DNA from: a virus
IMG/VR virus record: IMGVR_UViG_3300000234_000002
Location: 1-64,000 of that record
DNA: 64,000 bases
Strand: one strand, 5' to 3'
Shown here: piece by piece, positions 39,122-47,179 of the stretch
How the letters are laid out: every line of letters starts with the position of its first letter
Numbering within the stretch: position 1 is the first letter of the stretch
Notes under the pieces: model-generated
Seen by the model: only the letters and a program-made list of their open reading frames with translations
The model's database searches: none
What the model was told of the DNA's origin: nothing
Made by a program: the position numbers and the translations under genes

Positions 39122-40120
39122 TCAATCGCTCATTTGAGCGGCAGTGTGGAGACCGAGAGCAACAGCGTGCATAGGGTCAGATGCCTGTCTGATTTCCGAT
39201 ATTTCAATCGGAAATTTTGACTTCTTGGATTCAAAGATTTCAGTAAATTTATCCATGAAGCCCGAAGCCATGGAAGTTCCGCCAGAAACAATAATGGGAA
39301 TGGGAGTGGAAAGAAGAAATTCAGACTTTGCTCTATGAAATTGAGAAATAATCTTATCTATTGTATATTCGATAAGATTAGAAATGTAGAAAGAAATCGC
39401 TTCAGCTTCTCTTCCCCTTGGGTTCAAGATGTTAACCCCCGACTCTTTAATATGACAAGCCTTCGAAGCTGTGATCCCTAAAGCACTTGAAGCTCCAGCA
39501 TCAATCCAATCACCACCTCTCCCGAGCGAGAATTCCAAAGCGCTCATCGCGTTGTATGACAAACAAACATTTGTCATACCAGATCCATATGATATCCCAA
39601 GACCGGAGAATTTTGTGGATGAACCTTCGGAATAAACTATAGCGAGCGCTTCATTAACTGGCTCCGGGTCGTAACCAGTTTCTTGGATTATCTTTTTGAG
39701 AATGCTGGTGTGATAAATGGTATTGGAACCGGCAATATCAATTGCCGGGGCCGGAACAGAGAAACAGCATTTTTCGTTCGGGGACTTCGGCTTCCCGATG
39801 AGATTGTTAATTATAATGGCGATGACTTTCTGAGCCTCAACTTCACCGGACGAAACAACACCGCCTGCGAGGGGTCTGCGGATTTCTTTGTTGAAAAGAT
39901 TCGCAGAAGCTAATGCGTCATCACCAATAACATAAAGAGAACCATCAATTTCTACGAAAGCAGTGTTGCTGAGCTTGAGCATCCTCTTGTGCTCAATAGG
40001 CAAATCAAGGAAAGCATCCCTAACTCTTTTAATGGAAACTTTCTTTTCTGAACTTCGTGCAGCCACGAAGTTCATAGTTCCACAGTCTAGACCAACACCA
40101 AAGATTTCGTTTTTAGACAT
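39122..40120 (-). CDS. actin-like ATPase (MreB/ParM/FtsA superfamily)
   Basis: GLDCGT, IGDDA, RRPLAGGVV, FSVPA, VNEALA, GISYGSGMTN, GGDWID, VSGGTS, AVALG. Confidence 0.85.
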   Translation of the reverse strand: MSKNEIFGVGLDCGTMNFVAARSSEKKVSIKRVRDAFLDLPIEHKRMLKLSNTAFVEIDGSLYVIGDDALASANLFNKEIRRPLAGGVVSSGEVEAQKVIAIIINNLIGKPKSPNEKCCFSVPAPAIDIAGSNTIYHTSILKKIIQETGYDPEPVNEALAIVYSEGSSTKFSGLGISYGSGMTNVCLSYNAMSALEFSLGRGGDWIDAGASSALGITASKACHIKESGVNILNPRGREAEAISFYISNLIEYTIDKIISQFHRAKSEFLLSTPIPIIVSGGTSMASGFMDKFTEIFESKKSKFPIEISEIRQASDPMHAVALGLHTAAQMSD

Positions 40121-40154
40121 TTCGATAATCAAGTTACATCAAAGTTTTTATTTT

Positions 40155-40682
40155 TTAATATTTGGAATTCTCATATTCACGGAAAGATTCAGCTAAATCA
40201 GAAACTCCTGATTCTTCTAAGCCTTCAATAATATCATTTGAATGAAATGCTCCATGGGAGCAAAACCAAATAATAGTGTCTTCTTTTTGTAAAAACTCTT
40301 TCATAGAAGAATATTTTTTGAACGACTTCTGATCAAATCCTTCGACTTCATCCCAAGTTTTTGATCCAGATCCCAGGACGTCAACAGGACTACTGGATTT
40401 TAAACTTTTCGGGTCTGAATTAATAGCAACAAAAACTGAGTCAGTAAAAGCTGCCCAAATACTACCGCTAACCTTTAAACCTTCTTTCATTTCATAAACA
40501 AGGTCCATAGCAGAATAATCGCCGTTATTTATATCGATAGATACAACTGAGGGAACTTCAGATGAGATCTTTTTAACAAGACCCTTTATGGCTGAAGCGA
40601 CCTTCGTCTTATCAGGCGTCTTCGACGCCTCGATAGCGGCAGCAATTTTACGGAGTTCAGTGGCAACTTGCGAGGGCCTCAT
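40155..40682 (-). CDS. leader-family protein F (135-aa cargo)
   Basis: Start revised to ATG 40682; TATAAT 4 nt upstream. Confidence 0.8.
   Translation of the reverse strand: MRPSQVATELRKIAAAIEASKTPDKTKVASAIKGLVKKISSEVPSVVSIDINNGDYSAMDLVYEMKEGLKVSGSIWAAFTDSVFVAINSDPKSLKSSSPVDVLGSGSKTWDEVEGFDQKSFKKYSSMKEFLQKEDTIIWFCSHGAFHSNDIIEGLEESGVSDLAESFREYENSKY
40563..40682 (-). repeat. 120-bp leader repeat, copy F
   Basis: Direct sequence match; ends KKIS. Confidence 0.97.
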
Positions 40683-40720
40683 GAAAATTATAGAAAATAA
40701 AAAAATAAAAAACTCAAGAT

Positions 40721-41263
40721 TCAAATTTTTGGTTTTTTACCTCTCAAATTTTTGAGAGCGTTTATAGATTCGTGGTTTCCTTCAACCTTCTTCTCTTCGG
40801 CATTAAAATTGACTTCACTATTTTCCGGGGTAATTTGGCTGGGTATGAATATTGGCATACTATTATCGACAGCTTGTTCTGGTCGGGATGACTGGCTTGG
40901 CTGGAAATTACCAGAAGCGTTTTGCATAGTCTTCTCTAAAGACGATATCATGGATTCAAGTCTGTTCATAAGAGCGTCTACTTTAGACTCTTTAACATTA
41001 TCAGGTTCATTTTTAATTACCATATTATTGATGATCTGAGGCGGCGGCGGTTGAGTAACTTCTTCTTTGCGAAGAACTTGAGAGTGGACAACCTTTGTGG
41101 TATTGATAGGATGAACTGATATATAATGGGAAAGTCTACGAACATCTTGAGAAGATGAATATTGATGATCTGATATTATAGATTCACCTCCACCAGTTAA
41201 AGTTACTCCGATGTCTTCTATTGCCAAAGAAGTGTTCAAACGATTTTTTATTTTAAACATCAC
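40721..41263 (-). CDS. hypothetical protein
   Basis: 180 aa, 4-bp overlap with the upstream gene. Confidence 0.7.
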   Translation of the reverse strand: MMFKIKNRLNTSLAIEDIGVTLTGGGESIISDHQYSSSQDVRRLSHYISVHPINTTKVVHSQVLRKEEVTQPPPPQIINNMVIKNEPDNVKESKVDALMNRLESMISSLEKTMQNASGNFQPSQSSRPEQAVDNSMPIFIPSQITPENSEVNFNAEEKKVEGNHESINALKNLRGKKPKI

Positions 41264-41925
41264 AAACTCTTTTCTATCAGATCTCTTATGGCTGATGAAA
41301 ACTCATTCGCCACTAAATCCGATACTCTATTCGCAAATCTTCCTATTATACCTTCAAGTTGTTTAGACTTGTAAATGAATTCTTTATTTTCAGCCTCATA
41401 CTCCTCTTTGCGGGCTGCCATATAAGAGTTAGATTTAATTATTAACTTGCCTTGCCTAGTAAGAAGCATAGACTTAGGGGTCGCACTAATTTTTCTTTTA
41501 AAGTCACGGTGAGATGAAGTCTCTCTGGCGTCAAGAACCCTTCGGCGCCCATCATTCAATCCATCGCCGTAACGCTTTCTAGCGTCAACGGCACCGTAAC
41601 CTCTTCTCAGAACTCTCTGAACTCCGCCTAAAGGCTTTTTTCTGAAAGTTTTGTCGGGTTTCGGCTCTTCCTCTTCGTCAGATTCTTCTACTTTTATATC
41701 AGAGTTTTCTAAATCTATGCCCTCGATGTCAAATACTATCTCGAATTCTATTACATTATTCGTTATATTAGCTAAAACTTCATAATGTTTTAAATGTTCA
41801 AATTTGGTAATACCTTCGGACACCAATAATTTATCAAGCAAATCAATGCCATCCTTAGCTATTTCTTCAACTATTGAAGAAATAATCTGTTTTGAAATTT
41901 GGAGGAGTGATTTCTCGATGCTCAT
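41260..41925 (-). CDS. hypothetical protein, possibly virion morphogenesis
   Basis: 221 aa, translationally coupled in the neck cluster; basic central region. Confidence 0.6.
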   Translation of the reverse strand: MSIEKSLLQISKQIISSIVEEIAKDGIDLLDKLLVSEGITKFEHLKHYEVLANITNNVIEFEIVFDIEGIDLENSDIKVEESDEEEEPKPDKTFRKKPLGGVQRVLRRGYGAVDARKRYGDGLNDGRRRVLDARETSSHRDFKRKISATPKSMLLTRQGKLIIKSNSYMAARKEEYEAENKEFIYKSKQLEGIIGRFANRVSDLVANEFSSAIRDLIEKSL

Positions 41926-43241
41926 CTACGGTAAGTATTTTCAAAAGTTACAGTGTTACCACGAAATTCACGTTCATCAGGGATAGCGGATCTTTCCGAA
42001 ACCATAGGGTTCGAAGAACCTTCACCCGGAATAGTGAATCTTGTTTGAGGAGAATAAAGACGGGAAGTATTTATAATAGGAACTTTACTTCTTATATCTT
42101 GTTCATCAATGTGTGATATTATAAAAAACTGCTGAAGTTGCATGCCTCTAGCAGTTGGCATTTTAACCGAACCTATCGAATATCTGTCACCATTCAATTT
42201 TAAAATGAAATCCCTTTGAGACAATAGAGGTGAAGGACTAGTCCAAGTATCTTGTTCGTGTGATAACGTCTGTCCCCTATTTGTTAATTTATGAGCTTTA
42301 TTTGAGTCATCGGGAGCTATTATTATATCGTAAGGACCGTCGTAACCACCTATGAATCCGGTGGCGTAGCAAAGTAAACAATCAGATTGCGGCTGTCTAT
42401 GCGTAGAAGAATAACAACCACATCTAATTCCAAAATTCTTTCGAATATAAACTTTTACCCTTTCCCCACCTTGGTAGAGAAGGAATTTATTCCTTCTTAC
42501 AGCTTCTCTCCATATCCAGTCAAGCTGTTCAGTTTCGTAATTATTGGATATAGCTGATTTACTGAGTGAAGTTTCAACTTCATTACCACTAGAATCAACA
42601 CAAACTGAAGTTAGTCTATAATACACTCTCTGCCCCATGTTAGTTTTCACAATATTATTTTTATAACGATAAGTTGCTAAAACAACACTATTTTCATTCG
42701 GGACTACTGGAGGAATAGGTTTTTGGGAAACAGGATCAAAAGAACCATAATTTCTTATTTGAACTTGACCAGAAGTTGAGTCTATGGAATCTATGGAAGC
42801 CACAACACCATCAATTGTGACGTAAACATTAAGGCTAGCGCAGTCTGCTTCACCAAGCCAAGGCTGGATGACGATCGGTTTGTATCTAGTTTGAAAAACC
42901 CATTGGGCATCAGGGTCAGTAGTTCCCTTATATACAAATGAGTTCGATACATCTTCTTCCAAAGAAAGAGCGGTAATAGTTTCGTCTCTCCAAAAGTTAC
43001 TGCAAACCGGAATTAAATTTAATTTTTGAAAATCACCATAAGGAGAATCGAAAGCCCTATAAATATTAACGCCTATTATTTGGAACCTGGAATTTTGAAA
43101 TAAACTTGACGGGTCATCCCATCTTAAATCAATAATTCCAGGTTCAAGACCAGACTGACAAGAAAAATTCAAAGGAGGTAAAGGAGAGGCCGAATAGTCC
43201 TGTTCCAGTATATGGGGAGGTCTATCAGCAGGAGCTGGCAT
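41922..43241 (-). CDS. putative neck/head-completion protein with FN3-like N-terminus
   Basis: IDLRWD..GVNIYRA..YYRLTSV; GGERVK..RCGC..DCLLCYATGFIGGY..LSQRDFI..RYSI. Confidence 0.6.
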   Translation of the reverse strand: MPAPADRPPHILEQDYSASPLPPLNFSCQSGLEPGIIDLRWDDPSSLFQNSRFQIIGVNIYRAFDSPYGDFQKLNLIPVCSNFWRDETITALSLEEDVSNSFVYKGTTDPDAQWVFQTRYKPIVIQPWLGEADCASLNVYVTIDGVVASIDSIDSTSGQVQIRNYGSFDPVSQKPIPPVVPNENSVVLATYRYKNNIVKTNMGQRVYYRLTSVCVDSSGNEVETSLSKSAISNNYETEQLDWIWREAVRRNKFLLYQGGERVKVYIRKNFGIRCGCYSSTHRQPQSDCLLCYATGFIGGYDGPYDIIIAPDDSNKAHKLTNRGQTLSHEQDTWTSPSPLLSQRDFILKLNGDRYSIGSVKMPTARGMQLQQFFIISHIDEQDIRSKVPIINTSRLYSPQTRFTIPGEGSSNPMVSERSAIPDEREFRGNTVTFENTYRR

Positions 43242-43274
43242 AATAAAAAGATTTAATCAAGAATTGAAACAAAT

Positions 43275-43556
43275 TTAGTCTTCTTCGACTAAGACGTGAA
43301 GTGAATATCCACCGTTTTCACCAGGTTCAACCGATAGTCTTTGTATTTTAGATTTATCGAGGTCCTCATCGGACAAAACCTTCTGGACAGTTTGAACCTT
43401 AGCCTGATTAATGGTTTTTATTCTTGCGTCGAGTTCGTCGAGTTCATGCTTACGACGAACATACTCAACGGACCAATGCGTCAAAGATGCATCATACTCG
43501 GATATGCGGGTGAGGGTCTCGCCGGAAAGAGGAAATTTTTTAGTAACCATAGCCAT
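43275..43556 (-). CDS. small coiled-coil protein
   Basis: 93 aa. Confidence 0.6.
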   Translation of the reverse strand: MAMVTKKFPLSGETLTRISEYDASLTHWSVEYVRRKHELDELDARIKTINQAKVQTVQKVLSDEDLDKSKIQRLSVEPGENGGYSLHVLVEED

Positions 43557-43815
43557 AAGGAATAATACCAGGCTTAAATGTGATTTTTAACTCTAAATTA
43601 TCCGCCGAAGCATAATGTCTATCAAGTCCGTATTCGTTTTTCGTTATATTAAGAGCTGACTCTACGGCAGCTTCTATTTCAAATTTAAGTTTTTCTTGGA
43701 GAGCATTCTTATCAACATCGCCCGAAAAATGAACTTCGAAAGATAGACTACCTTTTATAAAATATTGGTTGTCGTCTTCACTGGCGATCTTAGTGGCAAT
43801 TTTACCAAAATTCAT
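43540..43815 (-). CDS. hypothetical protein with N-terminal KIATKIA
   Basis: 91 aa. Confidence 0.65.
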   Translation of the reverse strand: MNFGKIATKIASEDDNQYFIKGSLSFEVHFSGDVDKNALQEKLKFEIEAAVESALNITKNEYGLDRHYASADNLELKITFKPGIIPYGYGY

Positions 43816-43990
43816 AAAACATAATGAAAATTAAAAGAATAATACATGAAAATTAGTTATTAACTGTTAATTTAATCAACGCAGACTCTCGTCGAACACT
43901 ATGACTAATGCCACATTGTCTCGTACAAGTCTTCATCATTTCACGTATAATAATGATGCTTTTTATAAAATATTGGTTGTCGTCTTCACT
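43753..43990. repeat. 30-bp perfect direct repeat (43753-43782 and 43961-43990): duplicated, frameshifted 5' end of gene 43540-43815
   Basis: ttttataaaatattggttgtcgtcttcact twice; encodes SEDDNQYFIK. Confidence 0.92.
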
Positions 43991-44333
43991 AGCTTTTGCT
44001 TGCAATTTTAACTTCATACTGAAATTCATTGCTACCATCCCAATACATCAGAATATCTCTTAATAGATCCTCATCACCAACAACATTCTCTAAAACACCA
44101 TTTTGTAATTCATCAGTTGAAAAAATTGCAGAGTGTGATTCACCACCACACTTTGCAGTTATGAAATCAACATCACCTTCTTCAATTTTCACATCATAAA
44201 TTTTTGTCTTTGTAGCGATCTTTTTTACAAGACCCTTTATGGCTGAGGCGACCCTCGCCTTATCAGGCGTCTTCGACGCCTCGATAGCGGCAGCAATTTT
44301 TCTTAGCTCAGTGGCAACTTGCGAGGGCTTCAT
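43989..44333 (-). CDS. leader-family protein G (74-aa acidic cargo)
   Basis: ORF starts exactly at the leader; TACAGT 4 nt upstream. Confidence 0.85.
   Translation of the reverse strand: MKPSQVATELRKIAAAIEASKTPDKARVASAIKGLVKKIATKTKIYDVKIEEGDVDFITAKCGGESHSAIFSTDELQNGVLENVVGDEDLLRDILMYWDGSNEFQYEVKIASKS
44214..44333 (-). repeat. 120-bp leader repeat, copy G
   Basis: Direct sequence match. Confidence 0.97.
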
Positions 44334-44356
44334 GTTAACTGTAAAGAATAAAAAAG

Positions 44357-46147
44357 TTACAAATCAAAGAAATACCTATGTTTAGGCGGAGTATGTACTT
44401 TCTTATAACCGAGTTTTGAAGCACACTCAGCTTCCTTCATGTTGTTTTTCTTTGCGTACCCATATAAAGTTTTCTTATTTATTTCTTGACCCGAATCATT
44501 TTCATAAAAATAACTTCTAGTTGTTTTACCATCAAATGTCCAATTTGAAGCTTGATATATGGTTCCTGAATGACCAAATCTCGGATCAGCAAATGACACC
44601 AATTTTTTGACTTCGGGATAATCGGATTTGAAAAGCTTAATGACTTTAGACATTGCATATGATGCGAAGTTTTTCTTGTGATATGAGGGATGAATGCAGA
44701 ATCTGTCGAGTTCCATAACTTGGTCATTATTGAGTTTAAACCTAGGGGCGATACCCTGGCGAACTGGAGGAGCAAATTTAGCGACCCCGACAATCTCCCC
44801 ATTAAGTTTAAATAAATAAACATGGCTAGAATTTCTACCAAAACCCCCATAATGAAATTTATTAAGAAAATCCCGGATACCGTCTTCGTGTTCAAGAATT
44901 TTGAATTTGACGGAATCGAACTCGAAGTCTTTGAGTTCATGTGATTCTCTATCTGGATTACGATAGGTGGGGGTTAAGATGGATTGATTTGTAGTCTTGT
45001 GAATACAAGTTCCACCGTTTTCATGTTTACTATAATTGCAGTTGAAACATAATATTTGATATTCTTCTTTGTTAAGCAACCCCCTTGATAATTTGGATAA
45101 TATATCAACGCCTGATCCATCGCCTTCTTCTCTTTTCAAACTCCCATCATTATTGATATGGTCGATGCAAAGATGAGTTAAATCGTCATCGCCGCAACAA
45201 GCACATTTACCACCAAAAGACTTTAAAATACTGTTTATCCTATCACGTTTCACAGACATGACACAAACAAGGCACCTATTTTTCTCATGGGATGTTTGGG
45301 AGTTAAAAAAAGATAAATCTTTTTCCTCCCCACAAAGATTGCAAGTTTTACTTATTCCGAATGTTGGTTTATTAGATAGATGGTGTACAGGGTTTACTCT
45401 ATATTTACTAGAATTGCAATTGTGACACATCGTTTGGAAATCATGATGATCGAGTTCACCGAGAAGAATTTTCCTTTTCCAACCTATGGAACCATGAACT
45501 CTATGTAAATGACCATCATTATTTTTATGATCTGTAGTTAAGAACCTTGGTTCAGATTCACCACAAATAACGCAAACGTGACCTATAAGTTCAAATAAAG
45601 ACTGTTTAACCAGTTCTCTATCGAGTTTTGACTTTTCAGACACATGTGATGAATTCTTTAACCTCCATTCCTTTTGTCGTTTAGTGATAGTTTCTTTATT
45701 CTTCTGTTGATATTCAACTTTCCGTTTAATTATTCTTTCTCTATTTTCAGCATAATACGCATGCTTTTTTTCTATGATCGATTCTTTATTATTCAGATAA
45801 TAATTCCGGCTACTCTCTTGTCGAGCTTCAATATTTAATCCAGTGACTTCTTTATTTCTTTGCCTCCTACAAATTTTGCACTTTGCATCATGACCGTTAG
45901 CTTTTGCGGAATTTTTAAAAAATTCAGAAAGTGGCTTTTCGATATCACATGATTTACATGTTTGCGTAGTTAATTCGTCAACTACTTTTTCTTCGAGTTT
46001 CCTTTTATTTAGTTCAAGATAATTATCATTTATTGCTTTTCTGCACGATTTGCACTTAACATCGAGACCATTACGATTAGTTCGAATCTTAAAAAATTCT
46101 GAAAAACTTTTTTCGGCCCCACAATTTTTACAAACCTGAGTGTCCAT
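44357..46147 (-). CDS. Zn-finger + tandem HNH-like domains + Mom-like GNAT domain
   Basis: CxxC..K..SEF..CKxC repeats; two CxxCG..DH.NNDG..C.NCN units; ELDRFCIHP..LVSFADP..HSGTIYQASNW. Confidence 0.75.
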   Translation of the reverse strand: MDTQVCKNCGAEKSFSEFFKIRTNRNGLDVKCKSCRKAINDNYLELNKRKLEEKVVDELTTQTCKSCDIEKPLSEFFKNSAKANGHDAKCKICRRQRNKEVTGLNIEARQESSRNYYLNNKESIIEKKHAYYAENRERIIKRKVEYQQKNKETITKRQKEWRLKNSSHVSEKSKLDRELVKQSLFELIGHVCVICGESEPRFLTTDHKNNDGHLHRVHGSIGWKRKILLGELDHHDFQTMCHNCNSSKYRVNPVHHLSNKPTFGISKTCNLCGEEKDLSFFNSQTSHEKNRCLVCVMSVKRDRINSILKSFGGKCACCGDDDLTHLCIDHINNDGSLKREEGDGSGVDILSKLSRGLLNKEEYQILCFNCNYSKHENGGTCIHKTTNQSILTPTYRNPDRESHELKDFEFDSVKFKILEHEDGIRDFLNKFHYGGFGRNSSHVYLFKLNGEIVGVAKFAPPVRQGIAPRFKLNNDQVMELDRFCIHPSYHKKNFASYAMSKVIKLFKSDYPEVKKLVSFADPRFGHSGTIYQASNWTFDGKTTRSYFYENDSGQEINKKTLYGYAKKNNMKEAECASKLGYKKVHTPPKHRYFFDL

Positions 46148-46168
46148 AGTTAACTATACATTAAAAAT

Positions 46169-46201
46169 TAACTGGGATAACTGGGATAACTGGGATAACT
46201 G
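46169..46201. repeat. 9-bp tandem repeat (taactggga x3.7) upstream of the HNH-Mom gene
   Basis: taactggga taactggga taactggga taactg, then degenerate aattgggataaactgga. Confidence 0.9.
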
Positions 46202-46235
46202 TGTTAAAATTGGGATAAACTGGATGATGGAAGAA

Positions 46236-47132
46236 TCAAAGTCCAACGAATTTACGTGGAGTAAGAGTACCTCTACCAACGTTAGGACCAAACGAAGAGC
46301 GTATCCCCATGCCGTATCTTGACTGTTTAAGACCGCGCATAAACTTTACAGTTTCTTTAGCAGGAATAATCATTTCCTGGAACCGAGAATTAGCATCGTT
46401 CATAAGACCTTGGAATTTTGAACTCTTCTCTAAATCGAGTGATATGCCGCCAATAGTGTAATTAAATTCGTCTTGGATCCAATTCACCGTAAGAGCCTGA
46501 AGAGCGTAAACCATTGCACCTGTTAGAAGTAAGGATCTCCATGGTCTATACTGTGTTATTAATTGATCCAGATTCTGAAAAGAAGTCATGGGTGGGTATA
46601 TATTGATTGAATCGTTAGATACGTTCAAATATTCAAGAAGTTCACATTCTTCCCAAACGTATCCGAAAACTCGTGTGAATTGATTGACTGACTCCTCACC
46701 AGAAGGGGGCATGAAATGGTAGTTGCGGGCCGGGTTATTATCTCTGAGAAGTATTCTGAGACTTCTTATTAGATCAAGTTCAATATTTGTAGCCCCGGCA
46801 AGGGATATAACTTGAGTTGGATCTGACACAATGGAAAATTCTTGGAGGACTTGAACTTCTCTGGCGCCGACATACTCTCTGAAGTGCCATCTTATTCTAT
46901 AATTACCGATGTTGGCATCCATCGGTATGAGGAAAGAAGCATAATATTCACCGACGCTCGGGTTTACGGGTTTTCTTTTTGCTGGAGGAAGTAATATCTC
47001 AACTCCGGTCGTGTAATCATAGATGTCATATGATATTTCAGCGGCATTCTTCGGAGTTTGGTCTTTCGATTTCAAAAATAATGAAAGACCATCCGAGCGA
47101 GAAAGTTCCATACCACGCTTGAAGGCAGTCAT
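46236..47132 (-). CDS. putative neck/head-tail adaptor protein
   Basis: N-terminal Ig-like part (VGEYYA..GNYRIRW); LR.LLRD..W...LL.YL..A..EFNYTIGGISLDLEKS.KF. Confidence 0.6.
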   Translation of the reverse strand: MTAFKRGMELSRSDGLSLFLKSKDQTPKNAAEISYDIYDYTTGVEILLPPAKRKPVNPSVGEYYASFLIPMDANIGNYRIRWHFREYVGAREVQVLQEFSIVSDPTQVISLAGATNIELDLIRSLRILLRDNNPARNYHFMPPSGEESVNQFTRVFGYVWEECELLEYLNVSNDSINIYPPMTSFQNLDQLITQYRPWRSLLLTGAMVYALQALTVNWIQDEFNYTIGGISLDLEKSSKFQGLMNDANSRFQEMIIPAKETVKFMRGLKQSRYGMGIRSSFGPNVGRGTLTPRKFVGL

Positions 47133-47179
47133 ATAAAACAAAGTTTAACTAAACTCTTATTGTAAATTCAGTTTGACCA

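Noticed and set aside
43853-44038. 61-aa ORF containing SEDDNQYFIK
   Set aside because: By-product of the 30-bp duplication; it overlaps gene G out of frame and has no good start.
16559-44333. Leader repeat as a CRISPR array, IS/MITE or DGR template/variable repeat
   Set aside because: Copies are dispersed and always in frame from an ATG. I see no spacers, terminal inverted repeats or consistent target duplication. Differences are not adenine-specific, and no cas, transposase or reverse transcriptase gene is visible in the window.
1-47132. Bacterial extracellular contractile injection system instead of a phage
   Set aside because: Neck-like genes, a long tape measure, homing-type nucleases, many small orphan ORFs and the absence of host housekeeping genes fit a large phage. 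Capsid and terminase are not in the window, so this is not formally excluded.
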